This document shows, in pieces, positions 10,830 to 24,200 of a stretch of 64,000 nucleotides of DNA. Every line of letters begins with the position of its first letter. Positions within the stretch are counted from its first letter, which is position 1. The notes under the pieces are model-generated. The model had not been told where the DNA came from and did no database searches. It saw nothing but the letters and a program-made list of their open reading frames with translations. The translations under genes were made by a program, and so were the position numbers. This DNA comes from Antedon mediterranea (Eukaryota > Animalia > Echinodermata): contig NC_092677.1 of assembly GCF_964355755.1 (NCBI RefSeq), positions 17,134,101 to 17,198,100 of the forward strand. The letters run 5' to 3'.

Positions 10830-12764
10830 ATGGCAACGTTCATAAAGCCACCTGAAACATTAATTGTAGATGGCAGTAATCCATCACACGCATGGAACAA
10901 GTGGAAGAGGAAATTTGAGATTTACCTCAAAGCAACAGGGAACTCTAAGAAAGAAACCGAAATCAAAGTAGGTCTGTTGCTAAACTGTATAGGCGATAAC
11001 AGTATTGACATCTACACAAATTTTAAATTCAAGCCTGCAATGCAAAATCCAGAAAATGAAGAAGAAATCCCAGCTGAGGATCCGAACGACTACACAGTCA
11101 TAATGAACAAATTTGACGAACACTTTTCTCGGCGCGACCCACAACTAATGTTACGGCAACGGTTCTGGCATCACTTACAGCGAGAACCAGGCCAGTCATT
11201 TGATTCATGGGTCACGACGGTGAAAGAAAGGGCGGCAGAGTGTAAATTCCCAAAGGAATTTCAAGAAGAAGCAGTTAGAGACAAATTAACATTTTCTTGT
11301 ACTAACGACAGCTACAAGCTGAAATTATACGACGAGGGTGCAAAGTTATCCTTGACTAAAACTACTAGAATCCTTGCACTGAAAGAGGCAACTAGTCAAG
11401 AACTCCAGAAGTCTAAAACCGCAACCATTGACCAAGTCCGACCTAAAACAAAGCCGAGACCAGCAACGCAGGGGCAAACCAAGAAACAATACTCACACAA
11501 CAAGGCAGCCCGCCCACAAACGAATGAGGGGAAATGTCAGAAATGTGGATATTGTGGAAAGTCTCACCCATATGGAAAACAGAACTGTCCAGCAAAATCA
11601 GCAACTTGTAATGCATGCGGAAAAACTGGTCACTATAAGGTAGTGTGTAGATCAACTGCAAGCCGATCAAGCAGAGTCAACCAAGTCGATGACGAACACC
11701 CTTTCCTGATAAGTGGTGTTAGTGTCCAACAAGTTAACAGGTCACAGTTGAAAGACGCACACAAACAACCTGGATGGCACATCAAACTCAGAGCAGCCGA
11801 TCAAGAACTGTCATGGTGTATTGATACCGGTGCACAAGTTTCAGTGATGCCAAATATAGTGTATCAAAACCGATTCGGAGAAATGTTCCCAACCGACAAG
11901 ACGCTAGTGGGTACAGGCGATACACCACTGAAAACACGAGGATTTGTGGACATGAAGCTGAAACAACAACATGGAAACAACTCGGAGATAGAAGAAAGAG
12001 TATATATAGTCGAGAACGCAACAACACTACTGCTAGGAGTTCCAGCAATTCGCAACCTTGGACTGATCCATGAGATACCAGGAACCTATAGTGTGAAAGC
12101 AGTTGACGTCAATTCTCCAATTACAAAGGAGAAAATAAAGGAAGAATACCCAGGACTATTCAGAGGCCTTGGTAAATTAGACGGTGAATACACCATCAAA
12201 CTGAAAGAAGATACCAAACCATTTTGCCTTACAACACCAAGAAGAATTGCCCTACCACTGCTTGAAAAGACAAAGGCAGAGTTAGAGAGGATGGTGCAAC
12301 TTGAAGTTATCGAACCAATCGATGAACCAACCGACTGGTGCGCACCTATAGTTGTGGTGCCGAAGCAAAATGGAGATGTACGAATTTGTGTTGACTTAAC
12401 GAAGCTGAATCAGTCAGTACGAAGAGAACTATATCATATGCCAAAGGTAGAAGAGACACTTGGTAAGGTGGCGAATGGAACAGTGTTCTCAAAACTCGAT
12501 GCAAACTCGGGGTTTCACCAGGTGAAGCTGAGCCTAGAAAGCACAAAATTAACTACCTTCATTACACCTTTTGGGAGGTATGTGTTTAAACGTCTTCCTT
12601 ATGGGATATCGTCAGCACCGGAGTACTTCCAAAAGCAGATGGACCGAGAGCTGAGAGGTCTAGAAGGTGTTGTATGTCATATGGACGACATTCTGATCAC
12701 TGGCAGCAATCAGACAGACCACAACGGAACCGGCGAAGACCACGTTATTTGGATGAATATGTAA
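10830..12764 (+). CDS. Truncated Gag-Pro-RT polyprotein
   Basis: First ATG at 10830; Gag with zinc knuckles (CGYCGKSH..C; CNACGKTGHYKVVC), aspartic protease DTGA, RT motifs (WCAPIVVVPK, RICVDL, LDANSGFHQ, LPYGISSAPE, HMDD); ends just after HMDD, with RNase H and integrase missing. Confidence 0.9.
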   Translation: MATFIKPPETLIVDGSNPSHAWNKWKRKFEIYLKATGNSKKETEIKVGLLLNCIGDNSIDIYTNFKFKPAMQNPENEEEIPAEDPNDYTVIMNKFDEHFSRRDPQLMLRQRFWHHLQREPGQSFDSWVTTVKERAAECKFPKEFQEEAVRDKLTFSCTNDSYKLKLYDEGAKLSLTKTTRILALKEATSQELQKSKTATIDQVRPKTKPRPATQGQTKKQYSHNKAARPQTNEGKCQKCGYCGKSHPYGKQNCPAKSATCNACGKTGHYKVVCRSTASRSSRVNQVDDEHPFLISGVSVQQVNRSQLKDAHKQPGWHIKLRAADQELSWCIDTGAQVSVMPNIVYQNRFGEMFPTDKTLVGTGDTPLKTRGFVDMKLKQQHGNNSEIEERVYIVENATTLLLGVPAIRNLGLIHEIPGTYSVKAVDVNSPITKEKIKEEYPGLFRGLGKLDGEYTIKLKEDTKPFCLTTPRRIALPLLEKTKAELERMVQLEVIEPIDEPTDWCAPIVVVPKQNGDVRICVDLTKLNQSVRRELYHMPKVEETLGKVANGTVFSKLDANSGFHQVKLSLESTKLTTFITPFGRYVFKRLPYGISSAPEYFQKQMDRELRGLEGVVCHMDDILITGSNQTDHNGTGEDHVIWMNM

Positions 12765-12977
12765 CATCCTAATTTCATATGAACACTGATCTATAATCAC
12801 TCACCAAAAATAAAAACACTGAACACTGATTTGATAATGAACAATATCGGACCTTTATTGAAACACAGATGGAAATTCAATGATTGACATGATCTTACTC
12901 TAAATGTTAATTTGTGTTTAAAGTTAAAGTTTAGTTGCTGCGCGACTTAAAATTATAAAGCTGATTAATCAATCTCT

Positions 12978-12991
12978 AAGAAAAAGGGAGA
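12978..12991 (+). other. Polypurine tract
   Basis: AAGAAAAAGGGAGA immediately before the 3' LTR. Confidence 0.85.
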
Positions 12992-13168
12992 TGTGGTAGT
13001 ATGCAATATCGATCTAGCGCCACCTAGCGGGGATCGAGAGAGGGTTTTAACATGGACGCGAGTCACGATAGTTGATATGTTGAATAAATGTTATTTGGAT
13101 TGTGTTTAACGGTAGTCCTATGTACGTCTGTTTGAGTACAGTGTAGCGACAACAAACAAAACATAATA
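12992..13168 (+). repeat. 3' LTR
   Basis: Identical by eye to the 5' LTR; followed by TSD GTGGC. Confidence 0.95.
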
Positions 13169-13338
13169 GTGGCAAGGGGCTGAAATGGACCAGACACATT
13201 AGGTTCTTACACACATCCAATTTGAACCGGAACTACAATAGTTCAAAATGCTTTGAACCTGTGCCAGTGACTTTGGTTTACAGCACTTCAGTCTAAACTG
13301 AAACACTTGTCTCTAAAAAAACAAATGTTCTTATATTA

Positions 13339-13998
13339 CAGGCCCGTATCCAGGTGGGGTGCGTTGGGTGCAGACGCACCCCCCCCCCCCACCCCCCAAG
13401 TCCCAAAAGGTCCACTATTTCCTCAATTGGTATTTTTTCTTGTCTTGTTTAACTAAAGACAATATCATTATATATATAAAAAATTTACATTATCAATGGT
13501 ATACAAACAAAAATATGTTAATATAAAATGAAAAAATACCGGTAATTAAATTACGGAATGTGAACTGACTACAAACTCGATATAAAACATGCGCAGTTGA
13601 TCATGTGACGACAAGCAATAGCTTAGCGCTTCATGTACGCGGTACGCGGTAAAGTGTTTGCTGGAAATACAGACAACCGGCGGTAAAGACGTGTCTGGAA
13701 ATACAGACACTATCGAATACGGTGCCAACTCAGACAGCGTCGTACGACGCTGTCTGATCGAGTTGGCCTTTAAACATCATGAAAGCGTTAAGTTCTGGTG
13801 TCCATCGTTCAACTAGCCTAAGCCACAACAAAGAGTCTTAAATCAGTCTTTAGAACGTCAAATAACGCAAATTTTGCCGGGGCCTTCGGCCCCTGGAACC
13901 ATGACCGGGGGCCCTTGGTGGCCCCCTGGCCCCCAGCCATTGTTGCTCGCTTCGCTCGCCCCCCCCCCCCCCCATTATAAATGCTGCATACGGGCCTG
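13339..13998. mobile_element. hAT-like MITE with 5-bp TSD
   Basis: TATTA|CAGGCCCGTAT ... ATACGGGCCTG|TATTA; poly-C subterminal tracts. Confidence 0.8.
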
Positions 13999-14815
13999 TA
14001 TTATCACCGTCCAGGGGAACTAGAGATACATTCTCCCTCTTTGACTATTATGAACTATTGTTTCAAATCTATTTTGAAAGCTTCCCAATTTAAAACATGT
14101 AACCACCACTACAATTAGGTATCCTATATGAACTTTATTCAATCATATAGAATGATCTAGTCAATGATTTATGCGTCTATATTGTTAAAACGTCACATGA
14201 AATCCTAATAAAAATCAAAGCGGCAAGTTTTCCACTCTAAAGTTTTATCTCAGATTGACCACACACAGACATGTCCTATGTTCATTATGTACAAGCACTT
14301 CTCAGTAACTGGTTTCAAGTTATCTTTCTTTCCAAATATTTACTACAATCAAATACAAAGTAGGTTGTTAATGCTAAGTGTAGATAAACTTTACATCATA
14401 TTCTGTCTGAAGTGTGACCCTATTAATCCTGCTACATTAAAGTTGTGTAATCAACTGTAAATTTAATGTACATTTAAAGAGTTAATGGGTTAATGAACTG
14501 TCTGTTATGACTGCCCAAGTAAACCCACCATGTAAGTGTGTTATTGTCAATCGTCGAGCCTTTACAACTATCATATAGCTGAAGCATTCTCTGTACATAG
14601 GCTATTACCTAGCTAGGCTAAATTTAGTTCCGATATATAATAACATTTCTAGTAGTAACTCTATAATAGAAAGAAAAATAGGGTAACTTTATAATCGTAT
14701 AGATATTACACTACACTGTACATTGGTGGCACGATGATTTGCCCTCGTGCAGGAGATCCATGCATTTAAAAAAAAAAGAAAAACTCAGGCAATAGGCCTA
14801 TAATTAAACATTTAA

Positions 14816-15441
14816 AGCCCCATTCCCTACGTTTTTTAGATCTAATTTAAGATCCCAAACTATATTTAATGTAAAAATAATACTATATGGTCCTATTGCG
14901 ATAACTTTTTTCGTCTTTAAACGGTTAAAAATGTGAAAAATAAATCGATTCTAATAATTATAGCGGCCCGCTATAAATCCCAAAATGCATTACGCGCGGA
15001 TTGATATTTTTGTTTTTCACCTGTAATTCGCCCACTTTTCGATCGATCGTGAAGCCAAAACAAATGGAAGACTCCTAACTTTTCAGCGAAAATACCGGGT
15101 TTTCCCCAATTTGTATCAACGGAGTCTGGCAAAAATAGAAAGACAATTAATGCAGCAATTATACAACGTCAGGCTAGGTATATAGCTAGCGTACGATGTT
15201 CGTACGTTATCGATGTTTACCAGCTAGGCCTACAAAACTAAGCCTAGCTAGGCTAGGCCTAAGACCGTCCACGAGAGGTCGATCGCCGCGAGCTACTTAG
15301 GTAGTGCATTGTTTCTCACTTTTTATCATAATTTACCATAAAACGTACATTTAAGACAAGGAATGACATGGTTTAATGTTTTTAAAGTGATATATATGTA
15401 TTAATTTCCAAAAAACGTCCAAAATTGCAGGGAAGGGGTCT
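14816..15441 (+). mobile_element. Kolobok-like MITE, copy 1 (626 bp)
   Basis: TTAA|AGCCCCATTCCCTAC ... GCAGGGAAGGGGTCT|TTAA; near-identical copies at 20639 and 53361. Confidence 0.88.
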
Positions 15442-17753
15442 TTAAGTGTTCAAGGATAAACCCCTAAGTTCAACATTTGGAGTAATTGAGCACTATTGCT
15501 TAGTCAATCTTCCTAAAATGAACAGTTCATGACATGAAGAGCGCATGACAGCGATTGTAGTATTTTGTATTATGCTTAACCTGTTTATTCTACTAGGCCT
15601 ACCATTGAATCATACTCTTACTCACCCCACTCTCTTGACCTCTGAAACAACTCTCACTTCAAACTTCAAATCATTAACTTTTTACATGAGGTATTTCAAA
15701 TGTCTGAGCTTAGATTGACACCTGTCTGATTAATATTCACAGGTGGCCTTCATGTGTAACAGGTGATCATCTTATTAACATAAGTCCAGGTTGAACGAAC
15801 TGTTACATCAAATGAGTGATCTTGCTAGTCCCAAGTGTTCACTTGTTAATTATTTGAATTGTTCAACAGTAGTAACTATATTATATCCAAAACATGTGTA
15901 TGTATATTTTATATTTATGTAAAAGTAACTGGAGGGAATTGATCTTGCAAATGTTATTGTTAAAGTAATTCACTCTAATGTAAAGCGAAATGTAATGAAA
16001 TAAAGATAAGATTGGTAAACAAATTGTACTGCAATGAATTGCACCTAAACTAGTGAAAAACATTAAGTACAGTTGATTCCCTAAAATGTACAAATTAATA
16101 CCCATTTCCAACACCTGTGGCCAAAAAAGGCTGCATAGGTATAGCATTACTTTGTTTCTTATTCTGCATTCTAGTAACACTTACTCTCTATTTTAATGAA
16201 AACTGATGTTTATAAGCTCTTCCCAAAAACCATCTGTTGCTTTGTTGACAATGACAGACTAAGCTTGAAAGACCCATTCTCTGTTGATTCATGTTTCCCC
16301 ATGCCAAAAGGAAGTTTGTTTTCCGGTATTTGACTTTATTAACACCCCCAGCTTCTCTCCTCCATTGGGAAGTGTTTGAGCACAATGTCTCTCTTCCACT
16401 GGGATAGTGATTTGTGCACTGCTTCAATTGGACATGCATGGACACTGTTTATTCGTCCCTAGCTACATCTGCAGACAGACATTCATTTAAGTTCATAAAT
16501 AATAGTTTTTAGAAAAATAATACCACATTGACATTGACCTATTTACTTTGCTTAGGCTGTGTTCACACGTGGGACTTAATTCAAGACAAATCAATCCATG
16601 GATTGAAATACCAAGGTGTTCACATGAATCACATTAATTTCCCCTACAGGACACACAAAATATATCCCTTTAATAGGTCTGCCAACATAACATTGTAGGA
16701 GTTGGTTGTAGAATTAAAATATTCATTTATTTAATACCATCTTTAATGAGGATGGCAAATTCACTTCCAGTGAAGGAACTGACCATTAGGGCCCTCTGAT
16801 AAAACATATAAATACATACAAATATACAAGGTATTTGGCCATTTCTTGAAAGATGGGCCCATCTGAGCTAAATCCTTTCCCGAAAGTTATTCTGCTTTCG
16901 CTATTGTTTACCGTAGAGTCCCTCGTGTTGGACATCCATATTTAGTGTACACCCTTTAGGGGATACTTTATGTGCTATGTTGCACATAAAAGTCATGATT
17001 ACCTATTCTATTATAGAATACCATTTCTATTATAGAATATATTATTTTTATCATGAATTTGCTTGAGAACAATTTTCATTTTATATAAACAATATATATG
17101 TGTGTGTTGTCTACCAATACCTACCACATAAACTATATTTTCAAAGAGGTGGCCAATAAAAAACTTAGGAATATATGACTGTTTTATTACAGTTTTGGGA
17201 AGAGACCTACTTCTCTAAGATAGAATCCATGAAAAAATCTCATAAAGTTTACATAATTGAAAAATTAAATTAAGTCCTGAATACTATCATTTATTTAACT
17301 GTAAATTGTGCATGAAGAAACCATGCCCAACTCTGACATAACTGTATATAAAAATGCTGTTGTCCCTCATTCGTTTCATAGAAAAGTGTCTGTTTAATAG
17401 GAGTGTCCTTCTGTCCCAAAGGGGAGTTCTACAGTAATGTGAAAATTAATGGGATATATAAATGCACCAACTAATTTTCACCAACATATGATATAATCTG
17501 AACAATATTCTTTTCTGAAAAGAAGAAATTGGTTTCATTTCATAAATCAGAAAAGACGACCTACTTTGCTGACATTGAAATTTGGTACATATCAAGTTAT
17601 CAGTGGAGGGATGTAGTTGATACCCTTTTACCCAGGGTGCTTATAAATCTATTTGTTTCATGTTATATTTATTGAATAATTCAGTTGGTATCTCCAGAGA
17701 GAATCAAACATGCACCTCTATTTTCTGTATAGCACAAAAATGTTTGTCTCTAT

Positions 17754-18085
17754 GGCCATGTCTCTGCTGCCAGAGAAAAATATGGTAAAATATGGTATTT
17801 ATAAATTCATACCATATTGTGAGTACCCGTATCTGCTGCAAATAACAAATACCGTATATTTTGATTTTCTGTAAGCTTTTTACACATGGATGGATAATCA
17901 TACAAAAGTAAGGAACAACATCACAACATTTGCAAATAATCTGTTGGGAGGGAAACAAATATACTGCTTTCACAGTCTTTCTCTGTTTGCACACCCCATA
18001 CTCACCTTTAATTTTTGCTAATATCTTTCTAAATCTGGCTGTATTTTTATACCCTATTTTGAGGATATGCAGCAGAAACAGGCCC
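17754..18085. mobile_element. Degenerate PIF/Harbinger-like MITE
   Basis: TAT|GGCCATGTCTCTGCTGC ... GCAGCAGAAACAGGCCC|AAT; same terminus family as 54870 and 62742. Confidence 0.6.
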
Positions 18086-18752
18086 AATATTGTAATGGCA
18101 CTGTGGTTGTTTTTATTTCAATATTATGTAAAGATACAAGACCACTGTGGTTTTGGTGGTTGATGCTTTAATACCAATACCAGAGTCATTGGTTCAAACC
18201 GTGTCCACTACTCAAATGCTCAACTGAGACTTTAGAGGGTATGGATTTCCCATCCTGTAATTGATGAATCATGTATGCTGTTGGATGGTGTTAAAATCGT
18301 TTTTCACCGGATATTCTCTTTCTAGCCCTACAACACCCTTAGGGGTAACTTTGTGGCAACCTTAGGAGGTGCCAAGGTCAAATATGTCTGGAGGGTGTAG
18401 AAACCCCTAAAAATACCCTTCTCATTTTGAAAGGGTTTTTTTCTAAATATAAAGTTATGTTTTCAAGCACCTAATATGAGAACTAGACAGGTAAAGCCTC
18501 AACCATTCTTTTATTTGAATCAAAACAAGTACTTTCTCATATTCCAAATGATAGGCCTAGTTAAACTAAAATAATAAAATGTGTTCTTCACAACTGAACC
18601 AAAGGGTATTTTTTAGGTGAACCTTTTACCATAAAAAATAAATCACTGTTGGTCCCCCTAACAATATATCATACCTATCAACCCTTGCTTCTGGTATTAA
18701 GATCAATTTAATTTGAATATAAACTAGGTTAATTGAAAACAATATATAATAT

Positions 18753-20321
18753 AACTAGACATGTAACTCGTCACTTTGACGAGTTTGGTTATCCGCCGCG
18801 CAAGTGGTGCAACATTAACATTAAGGGGATAGGTTGAGGACAAAAGGAAGTGTTCACGTTGGCATTATGACCTGAACTGAAGAATATGATATGTTGTTAT
18901 TGCTGAATTTTATTATTTAAATTCATATATAGTATACACAGTATAATCTGTATCCATATCACATACAGTGTAGAATAGGTGAAATTACGGGACCCGCTAT
19001 TTATTGCAATTTTTAACATGTTGACGGTTTTAAAATGAAACGCGAAGGTAGCAATTCCGAAAGGAAATTATCTCAGCAACAACGTATTAGCGTGTAGAAG
19101 AAATTTGAATACGTGAAATATTGACGCGCGCTCTTTTAAATGTAATGAATTATGACGCAAAAGGTGAAAATACGACTTTTTTTATTTAACTGGCCATATG
19201 ATGACGTCACAACATCCGATTGGCAACATTTTTACATAATTTCGTATCTACAATCCAATAGCTTCCAGAAAAAGTTTTAATCGTGATTATCACATTTTAT
19301 TCTTACGAGCTATAACAGATTAAAATTTACTGTAAAGATGAAATTGATGCCACACGTGATTTAAATTTTTAGGCATGATGACGTCAAAAAAATTAAAATA
19401 TTTTTTACTCATGCGAAAGATAGTTGATTGACCCAGACAATATCAAAATCGGGGTGAAAATGAAAAACGGATAAGTGGAGATGCGCTCTATTCAATGTGA
19501 TGAGCTATGACGAAAGATACAAAAATCCTAAATTTTATATTCGCGTGGCCATACGATGACGTCACAATGTCTGGTTAGCCATATTAATACCTGATCCGAT
19601 ATCTACAACTCATCTACTTCCAGAATATGCCATCCATAAAAAGTTGACCGTCTAGTTTAGAAATTACGACTGTTTAAAAAAAGGCATATTTTAAACGAAT
19701 TTTTTAACCTTTTCATAAGAAACGCGCGCAAATTGTCCAATTCGACGTGCTCGTATGACGTATCTTTAAGTCGAAATTGTTTAACATTTTGTAAAATTAC
19801 TAGAAAAGGCTGGAAAAACATAAATCACGCGAAAAAAATACGTTTTCAATGCTACGTGCGCACCGCACACGTAAAAATGTGCGCACGCGTGGGAATTTTT
19901 GACATGCTTAAAACGACATGAAACGCGTAGAAAGTTGATTAGAAATTAATTTTGCGCATTTTGAAATTTTAAATGCGCGTGCGCGCGTAACTTTGTGTAA
20001 AACACGGAATCTTTTTTCAACAGAAAGTTAGCGCATGATATAAATTAAACTTTTGCAAAGTTTCAAGTTGAAATGTTATTTGGTTGTCGAGCTATGTTAA
20101 ATACGACAAAATCGTTAAATCGCGCGTAAGTCACGTTGCGCAATTGTAAACGTCATGAAAAGCTTCGCTTGACGACGTTACGTAAATGTCAATATGTTAA
20201 GATAGTTACCGAAATGTTATGTTTGCGAGTTTTAGAGAAAAGCGTTACACAAAAATCATACAGAATGATTTCGTACAATCACAAGAGGTTATCCTGCAAC
20301 TTCGTTGCGGATAACCAATAA
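18753..20321 (-). mobile_element. Non-autonomous Helentron-like element (1.57 kb)
   Basis: Sub-terminal inverted repeats GGTTATCCGC/GCGGATAACC at both ends, palindromic 5' end, 3' hairpin AACTCGTCA-AAG-TGACGAGTT then CTAG-TT on the minus strand; no TSD. Confidence 0.65.
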
Positions 20322-20638
20322 CACATAATATTAATTTGTACAAATATGGTATGAGAAAGTGTGGGACAGTTGTAAATCATATTTATAATTGAGAGCTGTC
20401 TAGCCTGGGTCACCTCTAGACTAGAGGTCCTGAGATTTACAGAAAAATGTCAGAGAATGATGTATAAAGTTGCCCATGGCATTGTTTTTGTCCTGTCCTC
20501 CATGTAAAATGTTTATCCATCTCTAGAAGGTGAGTGATGAATTTGTAGAAAACCTTGAAAAATTAGAACACCTTAACCTAATATTATATTTGACCTATTA
20601 AACAATTGAAAACATAATTCTAAATTCTATAATATTAA

Positions 20639-21264
20639 AGCCCCATTCCCTACGTTTTTTAGATCTAATTTAAGATCACAAACTATATTTAATGTAAAAA
20701 TAATACTATATTATCCTATTGCGATAACTTTTTTCGTCTTTAAACGGTTAAAAATGTGAAAAATAAGTCGATTCTAATAATTATAGTGGCCCGCTATAAA
20801 TCCCAAAATGCATTGCGCGCGGATTGATATTTTTGTTTTTCACCTGTAATTCGCCCACTTTTCGATCGATCTTGAGGCCAAAACAAATGGAAGACTCCTA
20901 ACTTTTCAGCGAAAATACCGGGTTTTCCCCAATTTGTATCAACGGAGTCTGGCAAAAATAGAAAGACAATTAATGCAGCAACTATACAACGTCAGGCTAG
21001 GTATATAGGTAGCGTACGATGTTCGTACGTTACCGATGTTTACCAGCTAGGCCTACTAAACTAAGCCTAGCTAGGCTAGGCCTAAGACCGTCCACGAGAG
21101 GTCGATCGCCGTGAGCTACTTAGGTAGTGCATTGTTTCTCACTTTTTATCATAATTTACCATAAAACGTACATTTAAGACAAGGAATGACATGGTTTAAT
21201 GTTTTTAAAGTGATATATATGTATTATTTTCCAAAAAACGTCCAAAATTGCAGGGAAGGGGTCT
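20639..21264 (+). mobile_element. Kolobok-like MITE, copy 2 (626 bp)
   Basis: TTAA TSD, same TIRs and body as 14816-15441. Confidence 0.88.
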
Positions 21265-24200
21265 TTAAATTAAGGTGTTTGTTTTGAATTTTTATTTCGA
21301 CACATTCCTTGATAGCCTAGTTTGTATAGTGGCAAATCCTTTATAGATATCCTTTATATGTTCTACAGTAATTTTCTTCTAACTGTTAATATGTTCACCT
21401 AACTCATCATGGTGACAAGTTCAAATCTAGTTGTAAATAATGAATGGCAGGTACATTAGTCCTGCATGTTCAGAACAAAATATCTTCAATTTATCTCAAC
21501 AGGTGCTGGTGTTGCTCAAGGCATTAAAGTTTTCTAAACCTTCTTAAAAGCGCATGTTTTGTTGTCTCTGAGATTATATTACAAGGGAAAAAATTATTAA
21601 AATATGTAAAATTAAATCCACAGGCAATCCTGTTGTTTTTACCCATTAAATTATGAATTTGAGGTCACAATGTCACATGATATTTGATGTTTATTTGGCA
21701 GGTGATTGAAAGATATGGACATTTGTTTACAAAATAAAAATATTATAGTTATTGTAGAGGCTAATATGTTGTTTGTTCCAATTAGCATAGCCCTAGGTGT
21801 TTTTAGGGTTTGTGAAAACAACATTGTTTATGCTTCTCCTTTTTGCAACAACTTTTTCCTTATAACTTTTTGCCAACAACCCTATCATAGATGGGCTATC
21901 ATAAGTTTATTTACATTACATTTTATTTAAATCTGACATCGTAGTTAGGAAGTTTCCACTTTATGTTGTTAAATTCAATATCAATTTTATCAAGTGTGAG
22001 ATACCATGTTTCCATTATAATGATAACATTTACGAACAAGGGGGCAAGGGCAGATCACCTCATTTCATTTTATATGACATATGGTGCATTTCCTCTTATA
22101 GAAATATACTGCCATTGTCAATGCAAATAGGACATTATAATTTTCATTATTTATCCATTGATCATCACCATTTTGATTCAAGTTTTTAGTTGGTGCCTGG
22201 ATGGATATCCCTATCCCTATTCAAAAATTTATAAATGATGACATATCAAAATGAAGCAAACACTCGAAAAAGATAATTGGCTCAGCAAGAACATATTATA
22301 CATAATCTTCTATTACTAATTATTATAGTACATTCACTTGTACTGTGTATTGATAATGTTTATGAATTCTCCAGGTTTTGCTTGTAATATTATTTTTAAA
22401 AAATACACTTTAATTTAATATTTAAAAGTATAATTCAGTTTTGGGTGCTCTGGTTCTTTACCCATTGTCAACGTTGCACAAATAATGCTTAGCTATCTGC
22501 ATGACATGATTCCTAGGGGGAGGTGAAGGGGAAACACTTAAATAAGCATGTTCACACCTGTACGCAACTCACAGATTAGTCTCCAACCTAGATACTTAAG
22601 TATAAACAATGTGGACTAAAATAATAAACAGTTTCAGGAATTATGCCCACGGCATAGATACTTGTGATGTCATTTTAAAAATGCGATGCTTACTTATTCA
22701 GACGTTTAACCAATCAGATGCCTGTGGTTTGCAATTGTAACAGTTACAATTTACAGTATATCTCTACAGTTGTTCAAAATGTGATGCATGGATGTCGCCC
22801 TCTATGGCAATTTTAATCATGTATGCACTGTACATAATATTGACTTGACACATGAAGCAACGTTTTAGTATACCATGTAATACATGAACTTGTTCAAATT
22901 ACGGACACGGTGCATACAAATTACTGAAATTTTCTATCCACTACAGAAAATTATTTATTGTGTCTACTGAAAATTAAAATTATAGCGAGTTAATAGTGAG
23001 TTTAATGTTAAAATCACTGATTTCACAACATTTTGATAGTAGGAAATTGTATACATCCTGTCTCTTTACTGCCTCTTCATTCTTCTCTGCCAAATATTAC
23101 AGTACTAAACATGCTCATACTTTTTACTTGGGGTACCCAAGTCTAGGACTCTCTCGTCTTCTCCTCTTCCATCCGACCCTTTTGAGTAAAAAGTGCAATA
23201 AAGTACTACTCCTCCCTTATTCGTTGTAGTATTGAGCTGGAATTTGGCATGAATATACTACAGGGACATGTCCTCAAAGCTATAGAGCCGGATGTTTAAA
23301 TTTTAAACCGGATGCAGCCATATGACGTCTCAAAAATGGTACCGTATAGCCGTATAAACTATTTAGTAGCGAGGTTATTGATGTGTATGTGACGTCACAT
23401 CCCGTCTTGTGACGTCATTACAGCTTCTTTTGCTGTACCCCGAGTATCGCACATTTATGCTTGTAGTAAATTACCATTACTTGCATGTGTTTAACATTAC
23501 AATTGATATTTATCTTGCTTTACACTGGGCAATGCCTTCCCCTCTTGTTGGTATGTCATAAACATACAAATATTGTAGAGTAGTATCCAGTTCCCTCACC
23601 TCACAAAAGTGCAAAGAAAGGAAAGAACAAAAATTGCAGTAGACTTTACTAACAACTAAAGGAACTTTTTAAAATGTGAACTCCTGGGATTATTTATATT
23701 ATTATTAATGTTTTTCTCCAAATTGTTCAGACAACTATAAAATCAGAGCCAATGTCAAAAATACATTTTTGATAAAAGCGTATTTATATTTTCTTGAAAA
23801 ATAGCAGTTATGACAAGCAGACATAAATAATAAATGTTGTAGAAAGAATTGTCTACTCCAAGAAATTTGAACATGAATATCTGGCAAAAAGTCAAGATCA
23901 ATTTTTAATGTAATAACAGAGTTAATGTTCTTAGTGAAAATATAGTTTTTATAAACTTTGGTAATATGAAAGTACGCTGTAGGTAGGTTTTGACTGCTGA
24001 ATTTGTATTTTATTTTATACACTTTTTAATTAAAACAAAATTGTATTTACATTATCTGTAACATTTTTTTTTTTTTAATTATTTGATGATCACATTTTTT
24101 ATGTCTTTATTTATTTATTTTAAGTTTAAAGGATTTTTTAAATTATTGTAATTTTAAGTTGTGTTTATGGTAAACAATAAACATGCGGTATTGTTGTATT

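Larger units (their letters stand above)
10394..13168 (+). mobile_element. Gypsy/Metaviridae (Mag-like) LTR retrotransposon, internally deleted
   Basis: Two 177-bp LTRs, 5-bp TSD GTGGC (10389-10393, 13169-13173), PBS, PPT, single gag-pro-pol ORF. Confidence 0.95.

Noticed and set aside
11428-12546. Short alternative-frame and antisense ORFs inside gag-pol (also 38769-39938 inside the LINE)
   Set aside because: Shadow ORFs of real coding sequence with no independent motifs.
18137-18340. Possible old tRNA-derived SINE
   Set aside because: Only a weak B-box-like GGTTCAAACC; too degenerate to support.
23120-23470. Possible second Helentron/DINE-like fragment
   Set aside because: Palindrome ACTTGGGTACCCAAGT and similar internal wording are present, but the ends could not be defined.
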